A DNA stretch of 64,000 bases from Antedon mediterranea (lineage: Eukaryota > Animalia > Echinodermata), in the NCBI RefSeq assembly GCF_964355755.1, contig NC_092678.1:10042352-10106351 (forward strand), given 5' to 3'. A model generated the notes under the pieces. The model made no database searches. It saw only the letters and a list, made by a program, of their open reading frames with translations, and was not told where the DNA came from. Below are positions 11,042-23,254 of this stretch, one piece after another. Position numbers and translations under genes: made by a program. The first letter of the stretch is position 1, and each line of letters begins with the position of its first letter.

Positions 11042-12320
11042 GTTTTGTGTGAAAAGTTTTGTCGAAATGCTCAAAATGGTCTAAAACGTTTTTAAAACGA
11101 TATTAAGCTATTTTGTGCTCTTTGATGTTTTTGTGTAACCAAGTTTCATCGAAATGAACAAAATGGTCTAAAACGTCTCCAAATGCGATTTGAAGCTTTT
11201 CTAAGCACTTTGGTGTTTTTATGTTAACAAGTTTTTTCGAAAATCACAAAATGGTCTAAAACGTCTCCAAATGCGATTTGAAGATATTCTGAGCACTTTG
11301 CTGTTTTTATGTTAACAAGTTTTTTCGAAAATCACAAAATGGTCTAAAACGTCTCAAAATGCTATTTGAAGGTATTCTGAGCACTTTGGTGTTTTTGTGT
11401 GAAAAGTTTTAACGAAATGCTCAAAATGGTCTAAAACGGTTCTAATGTGATTTTAAGCACTTTGATGTTTTTGTATAACCAAGTTTCATCGAAATGCTCA
11501 AAATGGTCTAAAACGTTTTTAAAACGATATTAAGCTATTTTGTGCTCTTTGATGTTTTTGTGTAATGAAGTTTCATCGAAATGAACAAAATGGTCTAAAA
11601 CGTCTCCAAATGCGATTTGAAGCTTTTCCAAGCACTTTGCTGTTTTTATGTTAACAAGTTTTTTCGAAAATCACAAAATGGCCTAAAACGTCTCAAAATG
11701 CGATTTCAAGGTATTCTGAGCACTTTGGTGTTTTTGTGTGAAAGGTTTTAACGAAATGCTCAAAATGGTCTAAAACGGTTTCTAATGTGATTTTAAGCAC
11801 TTTGATGTTTTTGTATAACCAAGTTTCATCGAAATGCACAAAATGGTCTAAAACGTCTCCAAATGCGATTTGAAGCTTTTCTAAGCACTTTGCTGTTTTT
11901 ATGTTAAAAAGTTTTTTCGAAAATCACAAAATGGTCTAAAACGTCTCCAAATGCGATTTGAAGATATTCTGAGCACTTTGGTGTTTTTATGTTAAAAAGT
12001 TTTTTCGAAAATCACAAAATGGTCTAAAACGTCTCCAAATGCGATTTGAAGATATTCTGAGCACTTTGGTGTTTTTATGTTAAAAAGTTTTTTCGAAAAT
12101 CACAAAATGGTCTAAAACGTCTCCAAATGCGATTTGAAGCTATTCTGTACACTTTGATGTTTTGTGTGAAAAAGTTTTGTCGAAATGCTCAAAATGGTCT
12201 AAAACGTTTTTAAAACGATATTAAGCTATTTTGTGCTCTTTGATGTTTTTGTGTAACCAAGTTTTATCGAAATGAACAAAATGGTCTAAAACGTCTCCAA
12301 ATGCGATTTGAAGCTTTTCT
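11042..12320 (+). repeat. Copy of ~3862-5140 (offset 7180)
   Basis: Shared rare variants gcctaaaacgtctcaaaatgcgatttcaag (4501/11681), gctatttgaagg and gaaaggtttta. The copy begins at a B/C chimeric monomer near 11040. Confidence 0.85.
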
Positions 12321-15300
12321 AAGCACTTTGCTGTTTTTATGTTAACAAGTTTTTTCGAAAATCACAAAATGGTCTAAAACGTCTCCAAATGGGATTTGAA
12401 GCTTTTCTAAGCACTTTGGTGTTTTTATGTTAACAAGTTTTTTCGAAAAACACAAAATGGTCTAAAACGTCTCCAAATGCGATTTGAAGATATTCTGAGC
12501 ACTTTGGTGTTTTTATGTTAAAAAGTATTTTCGAAAATCACAAAATGGTCTAAAACGTCTCCAAATGCGATTTGAAGCTCTTCTGTACACTTTGATGTTT
12601 TGTGTGAAAAAGTTTAGTCGAAATGCTCAAAATGGTCTAAAACGTTTTTAAAACGATATTAAGCTATTTTGTGCTCTTTGATGTTTTTGTGTAACCAAGT
12701 TTCATCGAAAATCACAAAATGGTCTAAAACGTCTCCAAATGCGATTTGAAGCTTTTCCAAGCACTTTGCTGTTTTTATGTTAACAAGTTTTTTCGAAAAT
12801 CACAAAATGGTCTAAAACGTCTCAAAATGCGATTTGAAGGTATTCTGAGCACTTTGGTGTTTTTGTGTGAAAAGTTTTAACGAAATGCTCAAAATTGTCT
12901 AAAACGGTTTCTAATGTGATTTTAAGCACTTTGATGTTTTTGTAAAACCAAGTTTCATCGAAATGAACAAAATGGTCTAAAATGTCTCCAAATGCGATTT
13001 GAAGCTTTTCCAAGCACTTTGCTGTTTTTATGTTAACAAGCTTTTTCGAAAATCACAAAATGGTCTAAAACGTCTCCAAATGCGATTTGAAGATATTCTG
13101 AGCACTTTGGTGTTTTTATGTTAAAAAGTTTTTTCGAAAATCACAAAATGGTCTAAAACGTCTCCAAATGCGATTTGAAGATATTCTAAGCACTTTGGTG
13201 TTTTTATGTTAACAAGTTTTTTCGAAAATCACAAAATGGTCTAAAACGTCTCCAAATGCGATTTGAAGATATTCTGAGCACTTTGGTGTTTTTCTGTTAA
13301 AAAGTATTTTCGAAAATCACAAAATGGTCTAAAACGTCTCCAAATGCAATTTGAAGCTATTCTGTACACTTTGATGTTTTGTGTGAAAAAGTTTTGTCAA
13401 AAGGCTCAAAATGGTCTAAAACGTTTTTAAAACGATATTAAGCTATTTTGTGCTCTTTGATGTTTTTGTATAACCAAGTTTTTTCGAAAATCACAAAATG
13501 GTCTAAAACGTCTCCAAATGCGATTTGAAGCTTTTCTAAACACTTTGGTGTTTTTATGTTAACAAGTTTTTTCGAAAATCACAAAATGGTCTAAAACGTC
13601 TCCAAATGCGATTTGAAGCTATTCTGTACACTTTGATGTTTTGTGTGAAAAAGTTTTGTCGAAATGCTCAAAATGGTCTAAAACGTTTTTAAAACGATAT
13701 TAAGCTATTTTGTGCTCTTTGATGTTTTTGTGTAACCAAGTTTCATCGATATGAACAAAATGGTCTAAAACGTCTCCAAATGCGATTTGAAGCTTTTCCA
13801 AGCACTTTGCTGTTTTTATGTTAACAAGTTTTTTCGAAAATCACAAAATTGTCTAAAACGTCTCAAAATGCGATTTGAAGGTATTCTGAGCACTTTGGTG
13901 TTTTTGTGTGAAAAGTTTTAACGAAAAGCTCAAAATGGTCTAAAACGGTTCTAATGTGATTTTAAGCACTTTGATGTTTTTGTACAACCAAGTTTCATCG
14001 AAATGCTCAAAATGGTCTAAAACGTTTTTAAAACGATATTAAGCTATTTTGTGCTCTTTGATGTTTTTGTGTAACCAAGTTTTTTCGAAAATCACAAAAT
14101 GGTCTAAAACGTCTCCAAATGCGATTTGAAGCTTTTCTAAGCACTTTGGTGTTTTTATGTTAACAAGTTTTTTCGAAAATCACAAAATGGTCTAAAACGT
14201 CTCCAAATGCGATTTGAAGATATTCTGAGCACTTTGGTGTTTTTCTGTTAAAAAGTATTTTCGAAAATCACAAAATGGTCTAAAACGTCTCCAAATGCAA
14301 TTTGAAGCTATTCTGTACACTTTGATGTTTTGTGTGAAAAAGTTTTGTCAAAATGCTCAAAATGGTCTAAAACGTTTTTAAAACGATATTAAGCTATTTT
14401 GTGCTCTTTGATGTTTTTGTATAACCAAGTTTTTTCGAAAATCACAAAATGGTCTAAAACGTCTCCAAATGCGATTTGAAGCTTTTCTAAACACTTTGGT
14501 GTTTTTATGTTAACAAGTTTTTTCGAAAATCACAAAATGGTCTAAAACGTCTCCAAATCCGATTTGAAGCTATTCTGTACACTTTGATGTTTTGTGTGAA
14601 AAAGTTTTGTCGAAATGCTCAAAATGGTCTAAAACGTTTTTAAAACGATATTAAGCTATTTTGTGCTCTTTGATGTTTTTGTGTAACCAAGTTTCATCGA
14701 TATGAACAAAATGGTCTAAAACGTCTCAAAATGCGATTTGAAGGTATTCTGAGCACTTTGGTGTTTTTGGGTGAAAAGTTTTAACGAAATGCTCAAAATG
14801 GTCTAAAACGGTTTCTAATGTGATTTTAAGCACTTTGAAGTATTTGTAAAAACAAGTTTCATCGAAATGCACAAAATAGTCTAAAACGTCTCCAAATGCG
14901 ATTTGAAGCTTTTCTAAGCACTTTGGTGTTTTTATGTTAACAAGTTTTTTCGAAAATCACAAAATGGTCTAAAACGTCTCCAAATGCGATTTGAAGATAT
15001 TCTGAGCACTTTGGTGTTTTTATGTTAAAAAGTATTTTCGAAAATCACAAAATGGTCTAAAACGTCTCCAAATGCGATTTGAAGCTCTTCTGTACACTTT
15101 GATGTTTTTTGTGAAAAAGTTTAGTCGAAATGCTCAAAATGGTCTATAACGTTTTTAAAACGATATTAAGCTATTTTGTGCTCTTTGATGTTTTTGTGTA
15201 ACCAAGTTTCATCGAAAATCACAAAATGGTCTAAAACGTCTCCAAATGCGATTTGAAGATATTCTGAGCACTTTGGTGTTTTTATGTTAACAAGTTTTTT

Positions 15301-15571
15301 CGAAAATCACAAAATGGTCTAAAACGTCTCCAAATGCGATTTGAAGATATTCTGAGCACTTTGGTGTTTTTATGTTAAAAAGTTTTTTCGAAAATCACAA
15401 AATGGTCTAAAACGTCTCCAAATGCGATTTGAAGCTATTCTATACACTTTGATGTTTTGTGTTAAAAAGTTTTGTCGAAATGCTCAAAATGGTTTAAAAC
15501 GTTTTTAAAACGATATTAAGCTATTTTGTGCTCTTTGATGTTTTTGTGTAACCAAGTTTCATCGAAATGAA

Positions 15572-18500
15572 CAAAATGGTCTAAAACGTCTCCAAATGCG
15601 ATTTGAAGCTTTTCCAAGCACTTTGCTGTTTTTATGTTAACAAGCTTTTTCGAAAATCACAAAATGGTCTAAAACGTCTCCAAATGCGATTTGAAGATAT
15701 TCTGAGCACTTTGGTGTTTTTATGTTAAAAAGTTTTTTCGAAAATCACAAAATGGTCTAAAACGTCTCCAAATGCGATTTGAAGCTCTTCTGTACACTTT
15801 GATGTTTTGTGTGAAAAAGTTTTGTCAAAATGCTCAAAATGGTCTAAAACGTTTTTAAAACGATATTAAGCTATTTTGTGCTCTTTGATGTTTTTGTATA
15901 ACCAAGTTTTTTCGAAAATCACAAAATTGTCTAAAACGTCTCCAAATGCGATTTGAAGATATTCTGAGCACTTTGGTGTTTTTATGTTAAAAAGTTTTTT
16001 CGAAAATCACAAAATGGTCTAAAACGTCTCCAAATGCGATTTGAAGATATTCTGAGCACTTTGGTGTTTTTATGTTAAAAAGTTTTTTCGAAAATCACAA
16101 AATGGTCTAAAACGTCTCCAAATGCGATTTGAAGCTATTCTGTACACTTTGATGTTTTGTGTGAAAAAGTTTTGTCGAAATGCTCAAAATGGTTTAAAAC
16201 GTTTTTAAAACGATATTAAGCTATTTTGTGCTCTTTGATGTTTTTGTGTAACCAAGTTTTTTTCGAAAATCACAAAATGGTCTAAAACGTCTCCAAATGC
16301 GATTTGAAGCTTTTCTAAGCACTTTGGTGTTTTTATGTTAACAAGTTTTTTCGAAAATCGCAAAATGGTCTAAAACGTCTCAAAATGCGATTTGAAGGTA
16401 TTCTGAGCACTTTGGTGTTTTTGTGTGAAAAGTTTTAACGAAATGCTCAAAATGGTCTAAAACGGTTTCTAATGTGATTTTAACCACTTTGATGTTTTTG
16501 TGTAACCAAGTTCTTTTCGAAAATCACAAAATGGTCTAAAACGTCTCCAAATGCGATTTGAAGCTTTTCTAAGCACTTTGGTGTTTTTATGTTAACAAGT
16601 TTTTTCGAAAATCACAAAATGGTCTAAAACGTCTCAAAATGCGATTTGAAGGTATTCTGAGCACTTTGGTGTTTTTGTGTGAAAAGTTTTAACGAAATGC
16701 TCAAAATGGTCTAAAACGGTTTCTAATGTGATTTTAACCACTTTGATGTTTTTGTGTAACCAAGTTTTATCGAAATGAACAAAATGTTCTAAAACGTCTC
16801 CAAATGCGATTTGAAGCTTTTCCAAGCACTTTGCTGTTTTTATGTTAAGTTTTTTCGAAAATCACAAAATGGTCTAAAACGTCTCTAAATGCGATTTGAA
16901 GGTATTCTGAGCACTTTGGTGTTTTTGTGTGAAAAGTTTTAACGAAATGCTCAAAATTGTCTAAAACGGTTTCTAATGTGATTTTAAGCACTTTGATGTT
17001 TTTGTAAAACCAAGTTTCATCGAAATGCACAAAATGGTCTAAAACGTCTCCAAATGCGATTTGAAGCTTTTCCAAGCACTTTGCTGTTTTTATGTTAACA
17101 AGCTTTTTCGAAAATCACAAAATGGTCTAAAACGTCTCCAAATGCGATTTGAAGATATTCTGAGCACTTTGGTGTTTTTATGTTAAAAAGTTTTTTCGAA
17201 AATCACAAAATGGTCTAAAACGTCTCCAAATGCGATTTGAAGCTCTTCTGTACACTTTGATGTTTTGTGTGAAAAAGTTTTGTCAAAATGCTCAAAATGG
17301 TCTAAAACGTTTTTAAAACGATATTAAGCTATTTTGTGCTCTTTGATGTTTTTGTATAACCAAGTTTTTTCGAAAATCACAAAATTGTCTAAAACGTCTC
17401 CAAATGCGATTTGAAGATATTCTGAGCACTTTGGTGTTTTTATGTTAAAAAGTTTTTTCGAAAATCACAAAATGGTCTAAAACGTCTCCAAATGCGATTT
17501 GAAGATATTCTGAGCACTTTGGTGTTTTTATGTTAAAAAGTTTTTTCGAAAATCACAAAATGGTCTAAAACGTCTCCAAATGCGATTTGAAGCTATTCTG
17601 TACACTTTGATGTTTTGTGTGAAAAAGTTTTGTCGAAATGCTCAAAATGGTTTAAAACGTTTTTAAAACGATATTAAGCTATTTTGTGCTCTTTGATGTT
17701 TTTGTGTAACCAAGTTTTTTTCGAAAATCACAAAATGGTCTAAAACGTCTCCAAATGCGATTTGAAGCTTTTCTAAGCACTTTGGTGTTTTTATGTTAAC
17801 AAGTTTTTTCGAAAATCGCAAAATGGTCTAAAACGTCTCAAAATGCGATTTGAAGGTATTCTGAGCACTTTGGTGTTTTTGTGTGAAAAGTTTTAACGAA
17901 ATGCTCAAAATGGTCTAAAACGGTTTCTAATGTGATTTTAACCACTTTGATGTTTTTGTGTAACCAAGTTCTTTTCGAAAATCACAAAATGGTCTAAAAC
18001 GTCTCCAAATGCGATTTGAAGCTTTTCTAAGCACTTTGGTGTTTTTATGTTAACAAGTTTTTTCGAAAATCACAAAATGGTCTAAAACGTCTCAAAATGC
18101 GATTTGAAGGTATTCTGAGCACTTTGGTGTTTTTGTGTGAAAAGTTTTAACGAAATGCTCAAAATGGTCTAAAACGGTTTCTAATGTGATTTTAACCACT
18201 TTGATGTTTTTGTGTAACCAAGTTTTATCGAAATGAACAAAATGTTCTAAAACGTCTCCAAATGCGATTTGAAGCTTTTCCAAGCACTTTGCTGTTTTTA
18301 TGTTAAGTTTTTTCGAAAATCACAAAATGGTCTAAAACGTCTCTAAATGCGATTTGAAGGTATTCTGAGCACTTTGGTGTTTTTGTGTGAAAAGTTTTAA
18401 CGAAATGCTCAAAATTGTCTAAAACGGTTTCTAATGTGATTTTAAGCACTTTGATGTTTTTGTAAAACCAAGTTTCATCGAAATGCACAAAATGGTCTAA

Positions 18501-19163
18501 AACGTCTCCAAATGCGATTTGAAGCTTTTCCAAGCACTTTGCTGTTTTTATGTTAACAAGCTTTTTCGAAAATCACAAAATGGTCTAAAACGTCTACAAA
18601 TGCGATTTGAAGATATTCTGAGCACTTTGGTGTTTTTATGTTAAAAAGTTTTTTCGAAAATCACAAAATGGTCTAAAACGTCTCCAAATGCGATTTGAAG
18701 CTCTTCTGTACACTTTGATGTTTTGTGTGAAAAAGTTTTGTCAAAATGCTCAAAATGGTCTAAAACGTTTTTAAAACGATATTAAGCTATTTTGTGCTCT
18801 TTGATGTTTTTGTATAACCAAGTTTTTTCGAAAATCACAAAATTGTCTAAAACGTCTCCAAATGCGATTTGAAGATATTCTGAGCACTTTGGTGTTTTTA
18901 TGTTAAAAAGTTTTTTCGAAAATCACAAAATGGTCTAAAACGTCTCCAAATGCGATTTGAAGATATTCTGAGCACTTTGGTGTTTTTATGTTAAAAAGTT
19001 TTTTCGAAAATCACAAAATGGTCTAAAACGTCTCCAAATGCGATTTGAAGCTATTCTGTACACTTTGATGTTTTGTGTGAAAAAGTTTTGTCGAAATGCT
19101 CAAAATGGTTTAAAACGTTTTTAAAACGATATTAAGCTATTTTGTGCTCTTTGATGTTTTTGT
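15572..19163 (+). repeat. Tandem 17-monomer HOR, 1458-bp period, ~2.5 copies (ABCDBBCDAEFAEFA'EF)
   Basis: ORF pairs 16634/18092 and 16845/18303 differ by 1458, as do anchors 15576/17034. Summed monomer lengths give 1458. Confidence 0.92.
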
Positions 19164-22100
19164 ATAACCAAGTTTCATCGAAATGCACAAAATGGTCTAA
19201 AACGTCTCCAAATACGATTTGAAGCTTTTCCAAGCACTTTGCTGTTTTTATGTTAACAAGTTTTTTCGAAAATCACAAAATTGTCTAAAACGTCTCAAAA
19301 TGCGATTTGAAGGTATTCTGAGCACTTTGGTGTTTTTGTGTGAAAAGTTTTAACGAAAAGCTCAAAATGGTCTAAAACGGTTCTAATGTGATTTTAAGCA
19401 CTTTGATGTTTTTGTACAACCAAGTTTCATCGAAATGCTCAAAATGGTCTAAAACGTTTTTAAAACGATATTAAGCTATTTTGTGCTCTTTGATGTTTTT
19501 GTGTAACCAAGTTTTTTTCGAAAATCACAAAATGGTCTAAAACGTCTCCAAATGCGATTTGAAGCTTTTCTAAGCACTTTGGTGTTTTTATGTTAACAAG
19601 TTTTTTCGAAAATCGCAAAATGGTCTAAAACGTCTCAAAATGCGATTTGAAGGTATTCTGAGCACTTTGGTGTTTTTGTGTGAAAAGTTTTAACGAAATG
19701 CTCAAAATGGTCTAAAACGGTTTCTAATGTGATTTTAACCACTTTGATGTTTTTGTGTAACCAAGTTCTTTTCGAAAATCACAAAATGGTCTAAAACGTC
19801 TCCAAATGCGATTTGAAGCTTTTCTAAGCACTTTGGTGTTTTTATGTTAACAAGTTTTTTCGAAAATCACAAAATGGTCTAAAACGTCTCAAAATGCGAT
19901 TTGAAGGTATTCTGAGCACTTTGGTGTTTTTGTGTGAAAAGTTTTAACGAAATGCTCAAAATGGTCTAAAACGGTTTCTAATGTGATTTTAACCACTTTG
20001 ATGTTTTTGTGTAACCAAGTTTTTTCGAAAATCACAAAATGGTCTAAAACGTCTCCAAATGCGATTTGAAGCTTTTCTAAGCACTTTGGTGTTTTTATGT
20101 TAACAAGTTTTTTCGAAAATCACAAAATGGTCTAAAACGTCTCCAAATGCGATTTGAAGCTATTCTGTACACTTTGATGTTTTGTGTGAAAAAAGTTTTG
20201 TCGAAATGCTCAAAATGGTCTAAAACGTTTTTAAAACGATATTAAGCTATTTTGTGCTCTTTGATGTTTTTGTGTAACCAAGTTTTATCGAAATGAACAA
20301 AATGTTCTAAAACGTCTCCAAATGCGATTTGAAGCTTTTCCAAGCACTTTGCTGTTTTTATGTTAAGTTTTTTCGAAAATCACAAAATGGTCTAAAACGT
20401 CTCTAAATGCGATTTGAAGGTATTCTGAGCACTTTGGTGTTTTTGTGTGAAAAGTTTTAACGAAATGCTCAAAATTGTCTAAAACGGTTTCTAATGTGAT
20501 TTTAAGCACTTTGATGTTTTTGTAAAACCAAGTTTCATCGAAATGCACAAAATGGTCTAAAACGTCTCCAAATGCGATTTGAAGCTTTTCCAAGCACTTT
20601 GCTGTTTTTATGTTAACAAGCTTTTTCGAAAATCACAAAATGGTCTAAAACGTCTCCAAATGCGATTTGAAGCTATTCTGTACACTTTGATGTTTTGTGT
20701 GAAAAAGTTTTGTCGAAATGCTCAAAATGGTTTAAAACGTTTTTAAAACGATATTAAGTTATTTTGTGCTCTTTGATGTTTTTGTGTAACCAAGTTTCAT
20801 CGAAATGAACAAAATGGTCTAAAACGTCTCCAAATGCGATTTGAAGCTTTTCCAAGCACTTTGCTGTTTTTATGTTAACAAGTTTTTTCGAAAATCACAA
20901 AATGGTGTAAAACGTCTCAAAATGCGATTTGAAGGTATTCTGAGCACTTTGGTGTTTTTGTGTGAAAAGTTTTAACGAAATGCTCAAAATGGTCTAAAAC
21001 GTCTCCAAATGCGATTTGAAGCTCTTCTGTACACTTTGATGTTTTGTGTGAAAAAGTTTTCTCGAAATGCTCAAAATGGTCTAAAACGTTTTCCAATACC
21101 ATATTAAGCTATTTTGTGCAATTTGATGTTTTTATGTAACCAAGTTTTTTGAAATGCGATTTGAAGATATTCTGAGGACTCTGGTGTTTTTATGTTAAAA
21201 AGTTTTTTCGAAAATCACAAAATGGTCTAAAACGTCTCCAAATGCGATTTGAAGATATTCTGAGCACTTTGGTGTTTTTATGTTAAAAAGTTTTTTCGAA
21301 AATCACAAAATGGTCTAAAACGTCTCCAAATGCGAGTTGAAGCTATTCTGTACACTTTGATGTTTTGTGTGAAAAAGTTTTGTCGAAATGCTCAAAATGG
21401 TCTAAAACGTTTTTAAAACGATATTAAGCTATTTTGTGCTCTTTGATGTTTTTGTGTAACCAAGTTTTTTCGAAAATCACAAAATGGTCTAAAACGTCTC
21501 CAAATGCGATTTGAAGCTTTTCTAAGCACTTTGGTGTTTTTATGTTAACAAGTTTTTTCGCAAATCACAAAATGGTCTAAAACGTTTCCAAATGCGATTT
21601 GAAGCTCTTCTGTACACTTTGATGTTTTGTGTGAAAAAGTTTTTTCGAAATGCTCAAAATGGTCTAAAACGTTTTTAAATACGATATTAAGCTGTTTTGT
21701 GCACTTTGATGGTTTGTGTGAAAAGTTTTAACGAAATGCTCAAAATGGTCAAAAACGGTTTCTAATGTGATTTTAAGCACTTTGATGTTTTTGTGTAACC
21801 AAGTTTTTTCGAAAATCACAAATTGGTCTAAAACGTCTCCAAATGCGATTTGAAGCTTTTCTAAACACTTTGGTGCTTTTATGTTAACAAGTTTTTTCGA
21901 AAATCACAAAATGGTCTAAAACGTCTCCAAATGCGATTTGAAGCTTTTCTAAACACTTTGGTGTTTTTATGTTAACAAGTTTTTTCGAAAATCACAAAAT
22001 GGTCTAAAACGTCTTCAAATGCGATTTGAAGATATTCTGAGCACTTTGGTGTTTTTCTGTTAAAAAGTTTTTTCGAAAATCACAAAATGGTCTAAAACGT

Positions 22101-23254
22101 CTCCAAATGCGATTTGAAGCTCTTCTGTACACTTTGATGTTTTGTGTGAAAAAGTTTTCTCGAAATGCTCAAAATGGTCTAAAACGTTTTCCAATACCAT
22201 ATTAAGCTATTTTGTGCAATTTGATGTTTTTATGTAACCAAGTTTTTTGAAATGCGATTTGAAGATATTCTGAGCACTTTGGTGTTTTTATGTTAAAAAG
22301 TTTTTTCGAAAATCACAAAATGGTCTAAAACGTCTCCAAATGCGATTTGAAGATATTCTGAGCACTTTGGTGTTTTTATGTTAAAAAGTTTTTTCGAAAA
22401 TCACAAAATGGTCTAAAACGTCTCCAAATGCGATTTGAAGCTATTCTGTACACTTTGATGTTTTGTGTGAAAAAGTTTTGTCGAAATGCTCAAAATGGTC
22501 TAAAACGTTTTTAAAACGATATTAAGCTATTTTGTGCTCTTTGATGTTTTTGTGTAACCAAGTTTTTTCGAAAATCACAAAATGGTCTAAAACGTCTCCA
22601 AATGCGATTTGAAGCTTTTCTAAGCACTTTGGTGTTTTTATGTTAACAAGTTTTTTCGAAAATCACAAAATGGTCTAAAACGTCTCAAAATGCGATTTGA
22701 AGGTATTCTGAGCACTTTGGTGTTTTTGTGTGAAAAGTTTTAACGAAATGCTCAAAATGGTCTAAAACGGTTTCTAATGTGATTTTAAGCACTTTGATGT
22801 TTTTGTGTAACCAAGTTTTTTCGAAAATCACAAAATGGTCTAAAACGTCTCCAAATGCGATTTGAAGCTATTCTGTACACTTTGATGTTTTGTGTGAAAA
22901 AAGTTTTGTCGAAATGCTCAAAATGGTCTAAAACGTTTTTAAAACGATATTGAGCTATTTTGTGCTCTTTGATGTTTTTGTGTAACCAAGTTTTATCGAA
23001 ATGAACAAAATGGTCTAAAACGTCTCCAAATGCGATTTGAAGCTTTTCCAAGCACTTTGCTGTTTTTATATTAAGTTTTTTCGAAAATCACAAAATGGTC
23101 TAAAACGTCTCTAAATGCGATTTGAAGGTATTCTGAGCAATTTGGTGTTTTTGTGTGAAAAGTTTTAACGAAATGCTCAAAATTGTCTAAAACGGTTTCT
23201 AATGTGATTTTAAGCACTTTGATGTTTTTGTAAAACCAAGTTTCATCGAAATGC
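16887..23254 (+). repeat. Duplicated block, copy 1 (copy 2 at ~57626-63905)
   Basis: ORF offsets are 40739 (18092/58831, 18303/59042, 20363/61102, 20917/61656), then 40651 (22785/63436) after loss of one 88-bp monomer. Confidence 0.92.

Larger units (their letters stand above)
1..15644 (+). repeat. Large duplicated block, copy 1 (copy 2 at ~35273-54795)
   Basis: Rare variants match at offset 35272 (tgctgaaaat 1489/36761; gggtgaaaag 701/35973), then at 34933 (ORFs 2873/37806, 5204/40137, 7851/42784, 12822/47755), then at 39151 (aaggctc 13401/52552; gatgttttttgtg 15101/54252). Confidence 0.93.

Noticed and set aside
8895-20672. Round-number offsets: exactly 10000 bp (~8895-10672 vs ~18895-20672) and 19999 bp (22785 vs 42784), suggesting an artificial or assembly join
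   Set aside because: The 10000-offset copies differ at real variants (cacaaattgg/gagttg vs cacaaaatgg/gatttg), and 19999 is simply 34933-14934. With many paralog pairs, coincidence is likely.
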